From: a virus
IMG/VR virus record: IMGVR_UViG_3300038603_000019
Length of the DNA: 38,805 nt
Direction: 5' to 3' (one strand)
Shown here one piece after another: positions 24,058-32,402 of this stretch. The translations under genes were made by a program, and so were the position numbers. Within the stretch, counting starts at the first letter, position 1. Every line of letters begins with the position of its first letter. Under the pieces are notes generated by a model that saw only the letters and a program-made list of their open reading frames with translations, was not told the origin of the DNA and did no database searches.

Positions 24058-24482
24058 TCCAACTCCATAACATTCACTTCACCACCAGTATAGCAATCAA
24101 GCGTCTTTGCGTGTTCAACTGCTTCTTTTGCGTTTAGGCCTAGGCGCATTGCTGACAGGGCGAACGGATGACCAGAGCCAAATGAGTCATCATTGTCTAA
24201 CTCCTCCTTCCAAATGAATCCCTCACTGTCAACGCCACAGCGGTAGGTTACACCATCATCATGCACAAAAGCATTGCACTCTGGCACTCTATCCACCTTA
24301 CCGTCTTGGTACGCCTGAATCATTAATTTCTCATCAGAAACCACGCCGCAAATCCAATAATGAACACCTCCAACCTCAATGTGCTTTTCTGAGTTGTCAC
24401 TCTTTATCACTCCATTATCCCCGCTTTTTCTACTATCCCAAGCAATTGTTTTTGATTTGTGGTGGTAAGCAATTGTTGTCAT
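24054..24482 (-). CDS. HslV / proteasome-beta-like Ntn (threonine) peptidase, minimal 142-aa form
   Basis: N-terminus MTTIAY (Thr right after Met, as in HslV MTTIV). Asp and Lys sit at HslV-like spacing (IAWD, SEKH). SFGSGHPFALSAMRLG matches the HslV IGSGGPYAQAAARAL block. C-terminal AKEAVEHAKTLDCYTGG. Confidence 0.55.
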   Translation of the reverse strand: MTTIAYHHKSKTIAWDSRKSGDNGVIKSDNSEKHIEVGGVHYWICGVVSDEKLMIQAYQDGKVDRVPECNAFVHDDGVTYRCGVDSEGFIWKEELDNDDSFGSGHPFALSAMRLGLNAKEAVEHAKTLDCYTGGEVNVMELE

Positions 24483-24667
24483 TGATTATCTCCTGTCGAG
24501 TAGTATTGAGGACAAATGGCCGCCAGCGTTGCCATGAAATCGTTGATATCTTCAATATCACGCCGCTTGTTTTGTCGATGTTTAATCATATCGCGCTGTT
24601 TTGCATCTTTGCGCATACCTTTTGACATGCTACTTGAGCCTGTGCTGCCTAGTTCTGAAATCTTCAT
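24479..24667 (-). CDS. hypothetical basic protein (62 aa)
   Basis: ATGA overlaps on both sides. MKISELGSTGSSSMSKGMRKDAKQRDMIKHRQNKRRD.... Confidence 0.4.
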   Translation of the reverse strand: MKISELGSTGSSSMSKGMRKDAKQRDMIKHRQNKRRDIEDINDFMATLAAICPQYYSTGDNQ

Positions 24668-24936
24668 ACAAACCACCCTTGCAAGTAACCCAAACAGATT
24701 GCAGCAGACCAAGAGATAACAACCGACAAGGTTAGCATTTTCTTGAGCGCTGATTTTTCACGCTTGAGTTTATCAGCCTTATTGTGCCAGTAAATCATAC
24801 TTGAGCGAGTTTGCTTGTTGTATTCAATCTTGTGACGAATGTAATGCATGCGCTCGTTGTTTGTCTTTCCTGCCTGAGATTTAAACCACTCATGATGATT
24901 GCGGTTTATTTCCATTCTTACTTTGCTGCTTTTCAT
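24664..24936 (-). CDS. hypothetical basic protein with C-terminal TM (90 aa)
   Basis: C-terminal LTLSVVISWSAAICLGYLQGWFV. Coupled starts and stops. Confidence 0.45.
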   Translation of the reverse strand: MKSSKVRMEINRNHHEWFKSQAGKTNNERMHYIRHKIEYNKQTRSSMIYWHNKADKLKREKSALKKMLTLSVVISWSAAICLGYLQGWFV

Positions 24937-25022
24937 CCTAACCACCCATTGCTAATTATGATTCCAGTTGCCACGCCTAAGCAGTAGCTGACCATTACTG
25001 TGTTCTTGAAGAGTTCAAACAT
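24933..25022 (-). CDS. possible 29-aa membrane peptide
   Basis: MFELFKNTVMVSYCLGVATGIIISNGWLG. Start and stop overlap both neighbours. Confidence 0.3.
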   Translation of the reverse strand: MFELFKNTVMVSYCLGVATGIIISNGWLG

Positions 25023-25183
25023 TATTTAAACACCTCCGTTAATAAACTACCAATGAATCCACTCAGCAGCCAGAAAGGAGCGCCAATTGCCCACCATAAT
25101 CCTGAAAGCATTTCTGCTTCAGCGCCAACTTGAACGAATGACGCTAATAAACCAAAAATAACAGCACTAATAACATAAAACAT
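25022..25183 (-). CDS. small two-TM membrane protein (53 aa; holin-like topology)
   Basis: MFYVISAVIFGLLASFVQVG...LWWAIGAPFWLLSGFIGSLL. SD GGAGGAG precedes the ATG at 25183. Confidence 0.5.
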   Translation of the reverse strand: MFYVISAVIFGLLASFVQVGAEAEMLSGLWWAIGAPFWLLSGFIGSLLTEVFK

Positions 25184-25250
25184 ATCCACTCCTCCGTTTC
25201 GTTGTTGAATCAAACTATACCCTAGTTGATGTGGTGATGTTGTGAGATTG

Positions 25251-25283
25251 GTCACAGTAAATAGAATTAAGTTGTGCGATTAT
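25251..25283 (+). promoter_or_regulatory. GTCACR-N21-(-10) promoter-like element, copy D
   Basis: GTCACA 25251-25256, 21 nt, GATTAT 25278-25283 (alternative TATGGT 25281-25286). ATG lies 25 nt downstream. Confidence 0.4.
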
Positions 25284-25308
25284 GGTTGCACACAAAGAGA
25301 GGTGATTT

Positions 25309-25503
25309 ATGACAGATTGGTACGAGTACGAAAGCGGATGCAGTGTATTCATCCATAGCGGGAAATACATGTCTTATATTGGCAACTTCGTAAAACTTTC
25401 GCAATGCAGGAAGTTTGCATTTGTTGATGTTGACTTATCTCCAGAGCCAATAGTGAGGAGAATTAGATACAAGTTGTGCAACATTTCAAAATACGAACAC
25501 TAA
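25309..25503 (+). CDS. hypothetical protein (64 aa)
   Basis: SD AGAGAGG; first ORF of a three-gene plus-strand cassette. Confidence 0.5.
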   Translation: MTDWYEYESGCSVFIHSGKYMSYIGNFVKLSQCRKFAFVDVDLSPEPIVRRIRYKLCNISKYEH

Positions 25504-25515
25504 AGGATCGACAAA

Positions 25516-25701
25516 ATGAAGAATAAAAAGGTTAAGCAGATGATGGCTTGTGGTTACGACAATGCAGCCGATAGAGTTGGTTACTGGTGCGAGCATCAGA
25601 AAAACCTTATTGATTGCGCAAGGTTTATGCGAGGTAAGTTTTTGTGGTGGCCTAAGTGCAGCACAATCTCACTAACAGCAAGCGAATTGAAGGGGGAGTG
25701 A
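25516..25701 (+). CDS. hypothetical Cys/Trp-rich protein (61 aa)
   Basis: ORF track entry. The stop overlaps the next ATG. Confidence 0.45.
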   Translation: MKNKKVKQMMACGYDNAADRVGYWCEHQKNLIDCARFMRGKFLWWPKCSTISLTASELKGE

Positions 25702-25829
25702 TGACAATTAAAGGCGTGGGCAACGTTTACGGTAAGTGGGCTTACATCTGCCCAGGCTGTAACAAATACATGGTTAACAAGCTTTACAAGTCGCTACTGG
25801 CTGAAATCAATACCCATAAATGCAAGTAA
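25701..25829 (+). CDS. possible 42-aa zinc-ribbon-like protein
   Basis: SD GGGGGAG. MTIKGVGNVYGKWAYICPGCNKYMVNKLYKSLLAEINTHKCK (CxxC...HxC). Confidence 0.4.
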   Translation: MTIKGVGNVYGKWAYICPGCNKYMVNKLYKSLLAEINTHKCK

Positions 25830-25834
25830 AACCA

Positions 25835-25857
25835 AAACCCTCGCAATGAGGGTTTTT
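25835..25857. terminator. hairpin terminator
   Basis: AAACCCTC-gcaat-GAGGGTTTTT. Confidence 0.65.
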
Positions 25858-25858
25858 C

Positions 25859-26929
25859 TTAATCTTTCTTCAGAATCCTAGCGGCCTTTTTGCTCTTGGT
25901 CACAAGCTGATCGAGAGTAATAGGGTTTCCCATGTGGTCATAAGCAAGTTTCACAAACTCTTCTGATGACATGTTGTCTAGTAACCTAGCCCTATCCTCA
26001 CCTAGCGATTCTATGGCAAGGTTCTTATTTTCCTTAGCTAAATCTAGCCAACTCTTGTTGGAATCAACTCTTTTCGCTCGACCGTCGACAACGCTAGGCC
26101 TTGTGCGTGGTTCTTCCAGCTCCTCAAATTCAGGCGCAAGCAGATAACGCATTGTGCTACGGCAGTTGTGATGGAAAGGATTTCTCGGGAAATTAAACCC
26201 GTCTTTCGCGTAATAGTATTTCTTGCCACCGCCATCGAGACTACCCAAACGCTGACAAATCGGACTGGTGCGTGAATCCAAGGTAACTACTACGGCCTCA
26301 CCCACAACCACATCCTGATTCGCCATGCCAACCGATGTTTTAGCGGTTGATGATATGTGGCTTGTTACGTCTTTCGTTAACGTAAAAGCTCCGCGTGACA
26401 TCTGATTGCTAACCGATGAATTTTGTCGCCCCATAATTTGCTGTGACATCTCGTAAGTAGTCAAACCGTCACGCCAGCCACCTGTAATAATCCGCTTGAT
26501 TCTATCGACTGAGTTAGCGTTGTAATTCTTAATGCGCTCATCGACCGTGTATGCTTGACCGTTTAACACCATTTCAGTGTTGAATGCAGTTTTAGTGATT
26601 GACTCTAGTGTTGGTCGTGCGATTTTCTGGCCTACCAAGTTAGACAATGCAGCCTGGTGAAACTTAGCCTCCTCCTTGGCAAGCGCCACAAGCTCGCTTT
26701 CTAGCTCTCCACTCCAGCCGCCTAGCTCAACACCAATTAGTTCGTTAACCAGCGCCAGAAGCTCATCACGGCGCTTCTTTGTGGTGATTGCATCGGTTGA
26801 TAGCAACTCTTCACGCAATGCTTTAATAATCGCGTCAATGTACGGTTGTGCATTACGACCAAGTGACCGACTAAACCGGATAAGTGCTATTTCATGCGAT
26901 AGCGTTGTTGCTAGTGCTGTTTCTGCCAT
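25859..26929 (-). CDS. head morphogenesis protein (SPP1 gp7 / Mu F-like)
   Basis: SPICQRLGSLDGG...FPRNPFHHNCRSTM matches the Mu-F motif (C..C...P.H.NCR). Lies next to the portal gene. The ATG at 26929 or the GTG at 26947 could be the start. Confidence 0.8.
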   Translation of the reverse strand: MAETALATTLSHEIALIRFSRSLGRNAQPYIDAIIKALREELLSTDAITTKKRRDELLALVNELIGVELGGWSGELESELVALAKEEAKFHQAALSNLVGQKIARPTLESITKTAFNTEMVLNGQAYTVDERIKNYNANSVDRIKRIITGGWRDGLTTYEMSQQIMGRQNSSVSNQMSRGAFTLTKDVTSHISSTAKTSVGMANQDVVVGEAVVVTLDSRTSPICQRLGSLDGGGKKYYYAKDGFNFPRNPFHHNCRSTMRYLLAPEFEELEEPRTRPSVVDGRAKRVDSNKSWLDLAKENKNLAIESLGEDRARLLDNMSSEEFVKLAYDHMGNPITLDQLVTKSKKAARILKKD

Positions 26930-26942
26930 TTTTGAGACCTTT

Positions 26943-26975
26943 GTCACAGAAGTATTCGAATGATGGCGTTATTAT
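26943..26975 (+). promoter_or_regulatory. GTCACR-N21-(-10) promoter-like element, copy E
   Basis: GTCACA 26943-26948, 21 nt, TATTAT 26970-26975. ATG lies 30 nt downstream. Confidence 0.45.
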
Positions 26976-27005
26976 ACATGAAACATAAACGATGAGGGTT
27001 TAGGG

Positions 27006-27338
27006 ATGAAGATGAGTGACGAAAATGTAATTTACTGCTTGGAAAATTTAGCCGGATATGAGCCTGATGATATTGATTGCGACGATGTTGAAATTGCAGT
27101 GAATGACGACCAATTTGCAACAATGAGTATTGTCCGAACTGCTGAGTTAGGCGCTGAATTAGCAAGGCGCCTAACCGAAGAAAACGCGAAGTTGCGGGAG
27201 GCCTTAGAGCAATCAAGTGAAGTTTTGCGTCGTCAACTGAGTCAATATTATTACAAAGACGAAGTGTCAATGCTTAATCAGTATGAGAGCAACAAACAAC
27301 TACTAAACCAACTAAAGGGCCAAGACAATGACAAATAA
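27006..27338 (+). CDS. hypothetical acidic coiled-coil protein (110 aa)
   Basis: ORF track entry. SD GAGGG. Confidence 0.5.
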   Translation: MKMSDENVIYCLENLAGYEPDDIDCDDVEIAVNDDQFATMSIVRTAELGAELARRLTEENAKLREALEQSSEVLRRQLSQYYYKDEVSMLNQYESNKQLLNQLKGQDNDK

Positions 27339-28035
27339 AGTAAAACCATTCTTTATCCGCATCACCGACGACATGACGCCGCAAATGGTTCAAGATGCTT
27401 TTGATAAGTGTGTAGATGCTGGGGCGACCGCTGATGAGTGCATCGCGGACACAAACAGAAAACATAGTTATCAAGATTCTTACCATGAAAACTTTAATTA
27501 TTTTGGGGTAAGCGACTACAACGAAACATACCTCACAGACGACCACTGCAATTATGGAGAATGCGCCCAAGAAATCACCCTAGACCAGCTTGATGAGTGG
27601 TTGGGGTTGGATGGTGAGCATGGGTGGGATGGTGAAGGATTGCCGCCTGTTGGTGTTGAGTGTGAAATTCTAGATATTAATGGTAATGATGTTATCGGTA
27701 GCGGAACAATATACCACGTTGATGCCAATAAGTTTTTTGTTTTGTCGGAATCACTAAAAAACTACCCAGAAGAATCAACCATTAATATGTTCGACGGCAC
27801 TATTAACCTTTACGTTATGTGGGTTAATAATGGTGATAAGCGATTCCGCAAACCAGAAACACCAGAACAAAAAGCCGAGCGTGAGCGATTGGAGGCGGCT
27901 TATGATTTGTATTTAACCAGGCTTTCTGTTGGCGAAAATTACTTACCATACACCTATGATGAGTTTTTGAACGAGAAAATGACCAGGCTTGGATTCCTAG
28001 CAATCGTGGACAAAACAAACTACCGTAAACAATAA
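27328..28035 (+). CDS. hypothetical protein (235 aa)
   Basis: Overlaps the upstream stop. Terminator follows. Confidence 0.55.
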   Translation: MTNKVKPFFIRITDDMTPQMVQDAFDKCVDAGATADECIADTNRKHSYQDSYHENFNYFGVSDYNETYLTDDHCNYGECAQEITLDQLDEWLGLDGEHGWDGEGLPPVGVECEILDINGNDVIGSGTIYHVDANKFFVLSESLKNYPEESTINMFDGTINLYVMWVNNGDKRFRKPETPEQKAERERLEAAYDLYLTRLSVGENYLPYTYDEFLNEKMTRLGFLAIVDKTNYRKQ

Positions 28036-28037
28036 TA

Positions 28038-28066
28038 AAAGGGCCTTAATTGGCCCTTTCTTTTTT
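28038..28066. terminator. bidirectional terminator
   Basis: AAAGGGCC-ttaatt-GGCCCTTTCTTTTTT. Abuts the portal stop. Confidence 0.65.
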
Positions 28067-29495
28067 ACATCAAACCCCGCCCACCCTCTGCAAGTCTTTC
28101 TTCGAATTCTTCTAGTGTATCCTCTTGGTTTACAGCCTTTGCTCGCTTCAATACTCGATGCCAGTCAACCAGCGGCAAGGCTCCTTCTAAGAACGCGGTG
28201 TACATAATTTGCAACTTCTGCGTATCCATTTCCATATCGAAGTATTCTTTGTTGAGGCTAAACACCAACTCATCAGGATTGGCATACAAATTAGTACCTT
28301 CAAAGTATCGCATAATAAAACACAGCATGTTTCGCACTGTATCTTCGACGTTATTGCCTAGTGTTGCCATGCTTGCAGTAGATGCGCCAGAGCGAATAGC
28401 CGCTCCTGTAGCCGTCTCGTTTGATTGTTGCGTAAATAGACTTGCACCAACCTTTACGGCTTGCTCAAACAGCTTCTCTACTTTGTTTTCTGTCTCTGGT
28501 GAGAATTGCGCCTGAACAACATCAACCGAACCGCCTTTCGTGTAGTAAGGCATTCGTCCTGCGAGCGTGAAACCAAGCGGGTTCATTTCGCTGGCCATCG
28601 TTTTATCCATCTCGCCCATATCAACGTGCCACTTTGCCTCATTGGCAAGAATCATGGCCTTGTTTGAGTAGGCATTCATCACGTAGATAGAAAGCGAGAT
28701 TTCAGCTAGTGACGTTAACGGCGTGGAGTCAATCGCCCATTCGTTAGACTGTGAGGACACCAAAAAGAATGGGATGGTATCTGATTGCTTGCCGCTAATT
28801 AAAACAGGCGTCCACTCGTCTGTGTATTCGTCGTCGGTCACTTCCTGGTATTCGCAAAGACCGTTAACTAGACGATGGTTGATCAGCTTTTGCTTTGAAA
28901 CATACGTACCGCCATCACGCTCTTGATAATCCTCAAGTAACGACAAATAAGTCAGCTTCTCCTCGCCGTCGATATACTCAACTTCCCAGTCAATGATGTG
29001 CAAGGCGTCATAGAATGCGGCCGTTGGTAGTTTCTTGCCTTTATTCCAATCCGCCATTGTTGCCGATTCTGGATGTGAGCGAACCAACCAGCCACAGTGA
29101 GAACCCCACTGGAGTGCGTTTAATGCTTGCTTGCACTCTTGGCCAACACCGTTACCTTTGCCGTCTAGGTTGTCACGCAGACCCATTAACACAGGATTAT
29201 CCATTGTGTCGAACTCTGGTTCACGGCGCATTACAGCACCTGTAATGGCATTCATGGTTGGGTTAACGATGTTAACGTAGTTAGCCAAGCGCCACGTTAA
29301 ATCCTCCCAATCCTTTTCAATCTTGGCAGCGAGTGCAGTTACTTTTGGGTCGGTCTTGGCTTCAGGTGGAATAGCGCCCAAGTTTGGCAGATAGGTTTGT
29401 TTCTTGCGCTTGATGTTATCCATGACGCAATCCCAGTTACGCAACCACTGAGGCGCGTTTTCGAGATAATCAGGATGATAGGTTACTGTAAGCAT
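28065..29495 (-). CDS. portal protein
   Basis: 476 aa. Position is after TerL and before the MuF-like gene. The N-terminal Y..L...P.W.R.W pattern is typical of DUF4055-type portals. ATG at 29495. Confidence 0.75.
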   Translation of the reverse strand: MLTVTYHPDYLENAPQWLRNWDCVMDNIKRKKQTYLPNLGAIPPEAKTDPKVTALAAKIEKDWEDLTWRLANYVNIVNPTMNAITGAVMRREPEFDTMDNPVLMGLRDNLDGKGNGVGQECKQALNALQWGSHCGWLVRSHPESATMADWNKGKKLPTAAFYDALHIIDWEVEYIDGEEKLTYLSLLEDYQERDGGTYVSKQKLINHRLVNGLCEYQEVTDDEYTDEWTPVLISGKQSDTIPFFLVSSQSNEWAIDSTPLTSLAEISLSIYVMNAYSNKAMILANEAKWHVDMGEMDKTMASEMNPLGFTLAGRMPYYTKGGSVDVVQAQFSPETENKVEKLFEQAVKVGASLFTQQSNETATGAAIRSGASTASMATLGNNVEDTVRNMLCFIMRYFEGTNLYANPDELVFSLNKEYFDMEMDTQKLQIMYTAFLEGALPLVDWHRVLKRAKAVNQEDTLEEFEERLAEGGRGLM

Positions 29496-29524
29496 AAAAA
29501 AGCCTCTATGTTTGATATAGAGGC
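29496..29524 (-). terminator. hairpin terminator abutting the portal start codon
   Basis: GCCTCTAT / ATAGAGGC 8-bp stem. TTTTTT on the minus strand runs directly into the ATG at 29495. Confidence 0.5.
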
Positions 29525-29554
29525 ATTTTAGCAAGGTTTGGGAATGGTGGCTAA

Positions 29555-30103
29555 TTATCCGATAAACTTGAACTTACCAGAGTCATACATCTCTCTAAAA
29601 ATATCTGATGAGCAATGCATGTCATCCCTATTCCATATTTTACTGGCTTCTTTGATAAACTCCTGACGCTCGTCAATCTCTTTTTCGACTCTTCTGTATA
29701 GATTGCCCTCATTCCAATACCAAGCCGAATCTTGGTACTCTGCTGCTTGATATTCTCCTGAACAGTTATTTAGGAAGAAATATTCCCCATAATTATCATG
29801 CACTGATTGAACGCAATCCCCCACGCTAACAAAACTCACCTTCTCGTATTCGGTGCGGGTGCGTGGTTTTAGGTCGGATAGGGTTAGTCGCTTTAGGTCC
29901 AAATAAAAATCATCGTTACAACAAATAACACCTTGCAATTCCGTGTTTTCATCAACCATCAATAGGCTGTACTTGTTTATATCAAGCCCCGCGTGATTCC
30001 AGCTTACACCAAACTGCTCACACTTTTTCAAGTAAAGCTCTCTAAGCTCACCTTTATGGCAAAATACCGCAGTATCAATCAAATCCTCTTTACATTTAAT
30101 CAC
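29555..30103 (-). CDS. hypothetical protein (182 aa) inserted between TerL and portal
   Basis: GTG start with SD GAGGA. Flanked by terminators on both sides. Confidence 0.5.
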   Translation of the reverse strand: MIKCKEDLIDTAVFCHKGELRELYLKKCEQFGVSWNHAGLDINKYSLLMVDENTELQGVICCNDDFYLDLKRLTLSDLKPRTRTEYEKVSFVSVGDCVQSVHDNYGEYFFLNNCSGEYQAAEYQDSAWYWNEGNLYRRVEKEIDERQEFIKEASKIWNRDDMHCSSDIFREMYDSGKFKFIG

Positions 30104-30121
30104 AATCTCATCCTCATCAAT

Positions 30122-30146
30122 AAAAACACCCTCAGTTTAGAGGGTG
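30122..30146 (-). terminator. terminator after terL
   Basis: CACCCTC-agttta-GAGGGTG with TTTTT on the minus strand. Confidence 0.6.
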
Positions 30147-30171
30147 CGGTTTGTTTTGTCTGTGATGGTTG

Positions 30172-31398
30172 TCACAATAACCAGATATTGGTGTCGGTCT
30201 TTGGTGGCGGGCTGTAAGTAATCATATCGTTAAAACAATAACGAATAGCATCAATATAGTGGTTATAAGCATCAACCAATTGGTTTTTAATCTCGCCCGT
30301 GTATCGGTCTGTTTTGTAGCTGTAGTATGTAAACTCTTTAATGGTTTCCGTACACTCTGGATTGATAAAAATACGTTTAGAGCGTAGCCACTCTACACCA
30401 TCTTCTACTGAGCCTTTCCACTTTGGAACACCTTCGATGCGCGGAATGCCAGTCCTTTTGAGCAAGCTAATAGACTCAGGTCGCGCAGAGTCAGCGTAAA
30501 CCTTGGCATCATTAATGCCATCAATGCGCTTCACCAGGTAATCTGCCGTATGGTCAATTTCTAGACCAACCTTGCCCGCCTCTTTCTCAATATAAACATC
30601 ATTCCCATTCAGCCAGCATTTAACGCCCGCGGTAGGGTCTTGAGAAAAGCCGAAATCTAGGCCGTAGTAAGGACCTTCCCAACCGTTAGTATTAACCCGC
30701 TCAACCTTCCAGTTTTTGAACACTTGCGCTTCAGTGTGCTCGTAATAAGCACCCAACCAAACATGAGCGTAAAGCTCCGGTGGCATCGTGTCTTCATCGT
30801 GGCGGCGTAGGTCCTCAAGCCCTTTAGGAAAAAACGGATTGTCGTAATAGTTCATCTCAACCATTACGGCATCGTCAGGCTTAAATTTACGGAATCGCTT
30901 GTCTACTGGCGACTCTTTTTTGCGCGGGTTCCAAATCACCCAGCACTCTGCCTTGTCGGTACGAAAGATTGTGGGCAACAGGTCAACCCATGCGTTTTCT
31001 GGTACATCTTCCGCTTCTTCCACGATGGTTAGGTCAATTTGCGCGGTAGACTTAACTGAACCCATGCCGTGACGCAAACCTTTAAACAGGAACTCAGTGC
31101 CGTTATTGTTGTTGCGGATATAGTCGATACCAACATCATAAACACTAGATAACCATTCGTCGGACTTGATAGCGTTCTTTAGTTCAGCGTGAAACGACTC
31201 TTTGATAGACACTTGAAGCTCACGAGTGCACAAGATACGCATTTTATCAATCGCGCCCCAGACAGCCGCCATCTTTGCAAAGTTGAATGACTTACCAGAC
31301 CCCCTCCCGCCGAAAGCCCCGCGAAACCTTACGGCCCCGCGAGGTTGCTCAAATACTTCTAGTATCTTTGGTGGTAACTCAATCTTCTTTGTTGTCAT
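30172..31398 (-). CDS. terL: terminase large subunit
   Basis: Walker A FGGRGSGKS, a Walker B-like LTIVEEAED, and a C-terminal nuclease region (YGLDFGFS, VYADSARPE). ATG at 31398 (TTG at 31407 is also possible). Confidence 0.9.
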   Translation of the reverse strand: MTTKKIELPPKILEVFEQPRGAVRFRGAFGGRGSGKSFNFAKMAAVWGAIDKMRILCTRELQVSIKESFHAELKNAIKSDEWLSSVYDVGIDYIRNNNNGTEFLFKGLRHGMGSVKSTAQIDLTIVEEAEDVPENAWVDLLPTIFRTDKAECWVIWNPRKKESPVDKRFRKFKPDDAVMVEMNYYDNPFFPKGLEDLRRHDEDTMPPELYAHVWLGAYYEHTEAQVFKNWKVERVNTNGWEGPYYGLDFGFSQDPTAGVKCWLNGNDVYIEKEAGKVGLEIDHTADYLVKRIDGINDAKVYADSARPESISLLKRTGIPRIEGVPKWKGSVEDGVEWLRSKRIFINPECTETIKEFTYYSYKTDRYTGEIKNQLVDAYNHYIDAIRYCFNDMITYSPPPKTDTNIWLL

Positions 31399-31786
31399 TT
31401 GTCGCAACTACCAGTTCGATTTTGGATGGGGTCATTGAGCCGTCGCTTGATGTGTGGTCGTTCTTAGTCTCTGTCTTGTCGGACCAACCGAAGCGATTAG
31501 CGAAATACAGCTTAACAAGAGGCGAGTTAACCTCCTTGTTGTACATAAGGTCCTTACGCATCTGCCTTTCCCAGTACGCCTCACCTTCTACCTCTGCACG
31601 CGTATATGCGTCTAAAAAATCATCGTGCGCCTCCTTCCAATTATGAAGCGTTTGCCTTGTCACCCCACCAATGGCAGCCCTGAACTCGGTAAAACTAGCT
31701 CCCTCTTTTGCCATACTTACAATTAGGTCGCAGTACTCATCCTTGTACTTAGTTGGCGCCCCTCTGCCTCTTTGTTTATCGGTCAT
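31379..31786 (-). CDS. terS: terminase small subunit
   Basis: GRGAPTKY..E.....MA.EGAS..EF.A..GV.R.TLHNW...H..F is a typical TerS HTH N-terminus. Overlaps the terL start. Confidence 0.75.
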   Translation of the reverse strand: MTDKQRGRGAPTKYKDEYCDLIVSMAKEGASFTEFRAAIGGVTRQTLHNWKEAHDDFLDAYTRAEVEGEAYWERQMRKDLMYNKEVNSPLVKLYFANRFGWSDKTETKNDHTSSDGSMTPSKIELVVATNDNKED

Positions 31787-32402
31787 TGTAGAAGTCCTCA
31801 GCCATGCTTATTAATTCTTTGTCGCTAGTATCGCACATATCAGGCCATAAAACATTTAGCTTTCTAGCGTTCTCACTTCTTGATAGTAGCTGTAAGTTTT
31901 CCCAAACGTGAAGACCACATACAAACTTTGAATTTATTGGCACCACGTGATCAACTTCAAGATTCAGTCTTTTTGATGCTAGATAAATTAATGGAATATT
32001 TTTTCTGGTGGTCCAGTTGGGGGTCTGCTGCTTTATCTTCAATCGCCTCTCAGCACACTTCATTTGGTAGTAGTGTTGGTTTGATTTTCTTTTTGCTATG
32101 GACCGCAACCTCTCGCTTTTAGCGTTCTTTCTATACCAATCTCTGTTCTTTTCGTTTTTCATTGGCTGCTTGTAGGATGAAAGGTACGACTTCATGTAAG
32201 CTTTTCTATCTTCGCCTTTGCGTCTTTTTGCGTCGTTCTTTCTTCCATTTATTCTTGAACACTCTCTACAAACCCCTGTAGAAGTAAGTCGCTCATCAAT
32301 GTGACCAAGCTTGCATGGCTTACCGGTAAAGTACCTTAAAAGCCCAAACTCTTTAGCTTGTTTTCTATTTATGATGTGAGGATTTAGATTTGACTTATCC
32401 AT
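31776..32402 (-). CDS. HNH endonuclease (terminase-associated)
   Basis: EVDHVVPI...CGLHVWENLQLLSRSENARK (H-N-H). CxxC pairs in the N-terminal half. SD GGAG precedes the ATG at 32402. Confidence 0.8.
   Translation of the reverse strand: MDKSNLNPHIINRKQAKEFGLLRYFTGKPCKLGHIDERLTSTGVCRECSRINGRKNDAKRRKGEDRKAYMKSYLSSYKQPMKNEKNRDWYRKNAKSERLRSIAKRKSNQHYYQMKCAERRLKIKQQTPNWTTRKNIPLIYLASKRLNLEVDHVVPINSKFVCGLHVWENLQLLSRSENARKLNVLWPDMCDTSDKELISMAEDFYNDR

Noticed and set aside
26944-27570. Minus-strand ORFs 26944-27270 and 27274-27570, opposite the plus-strand cassette.
   Set aside because: They are antisense to plus-strand ORFs that have SD sequences, a promoter-like element and a terminator. Their composition is His/Leu/Arg-rich, as in shadow frames.
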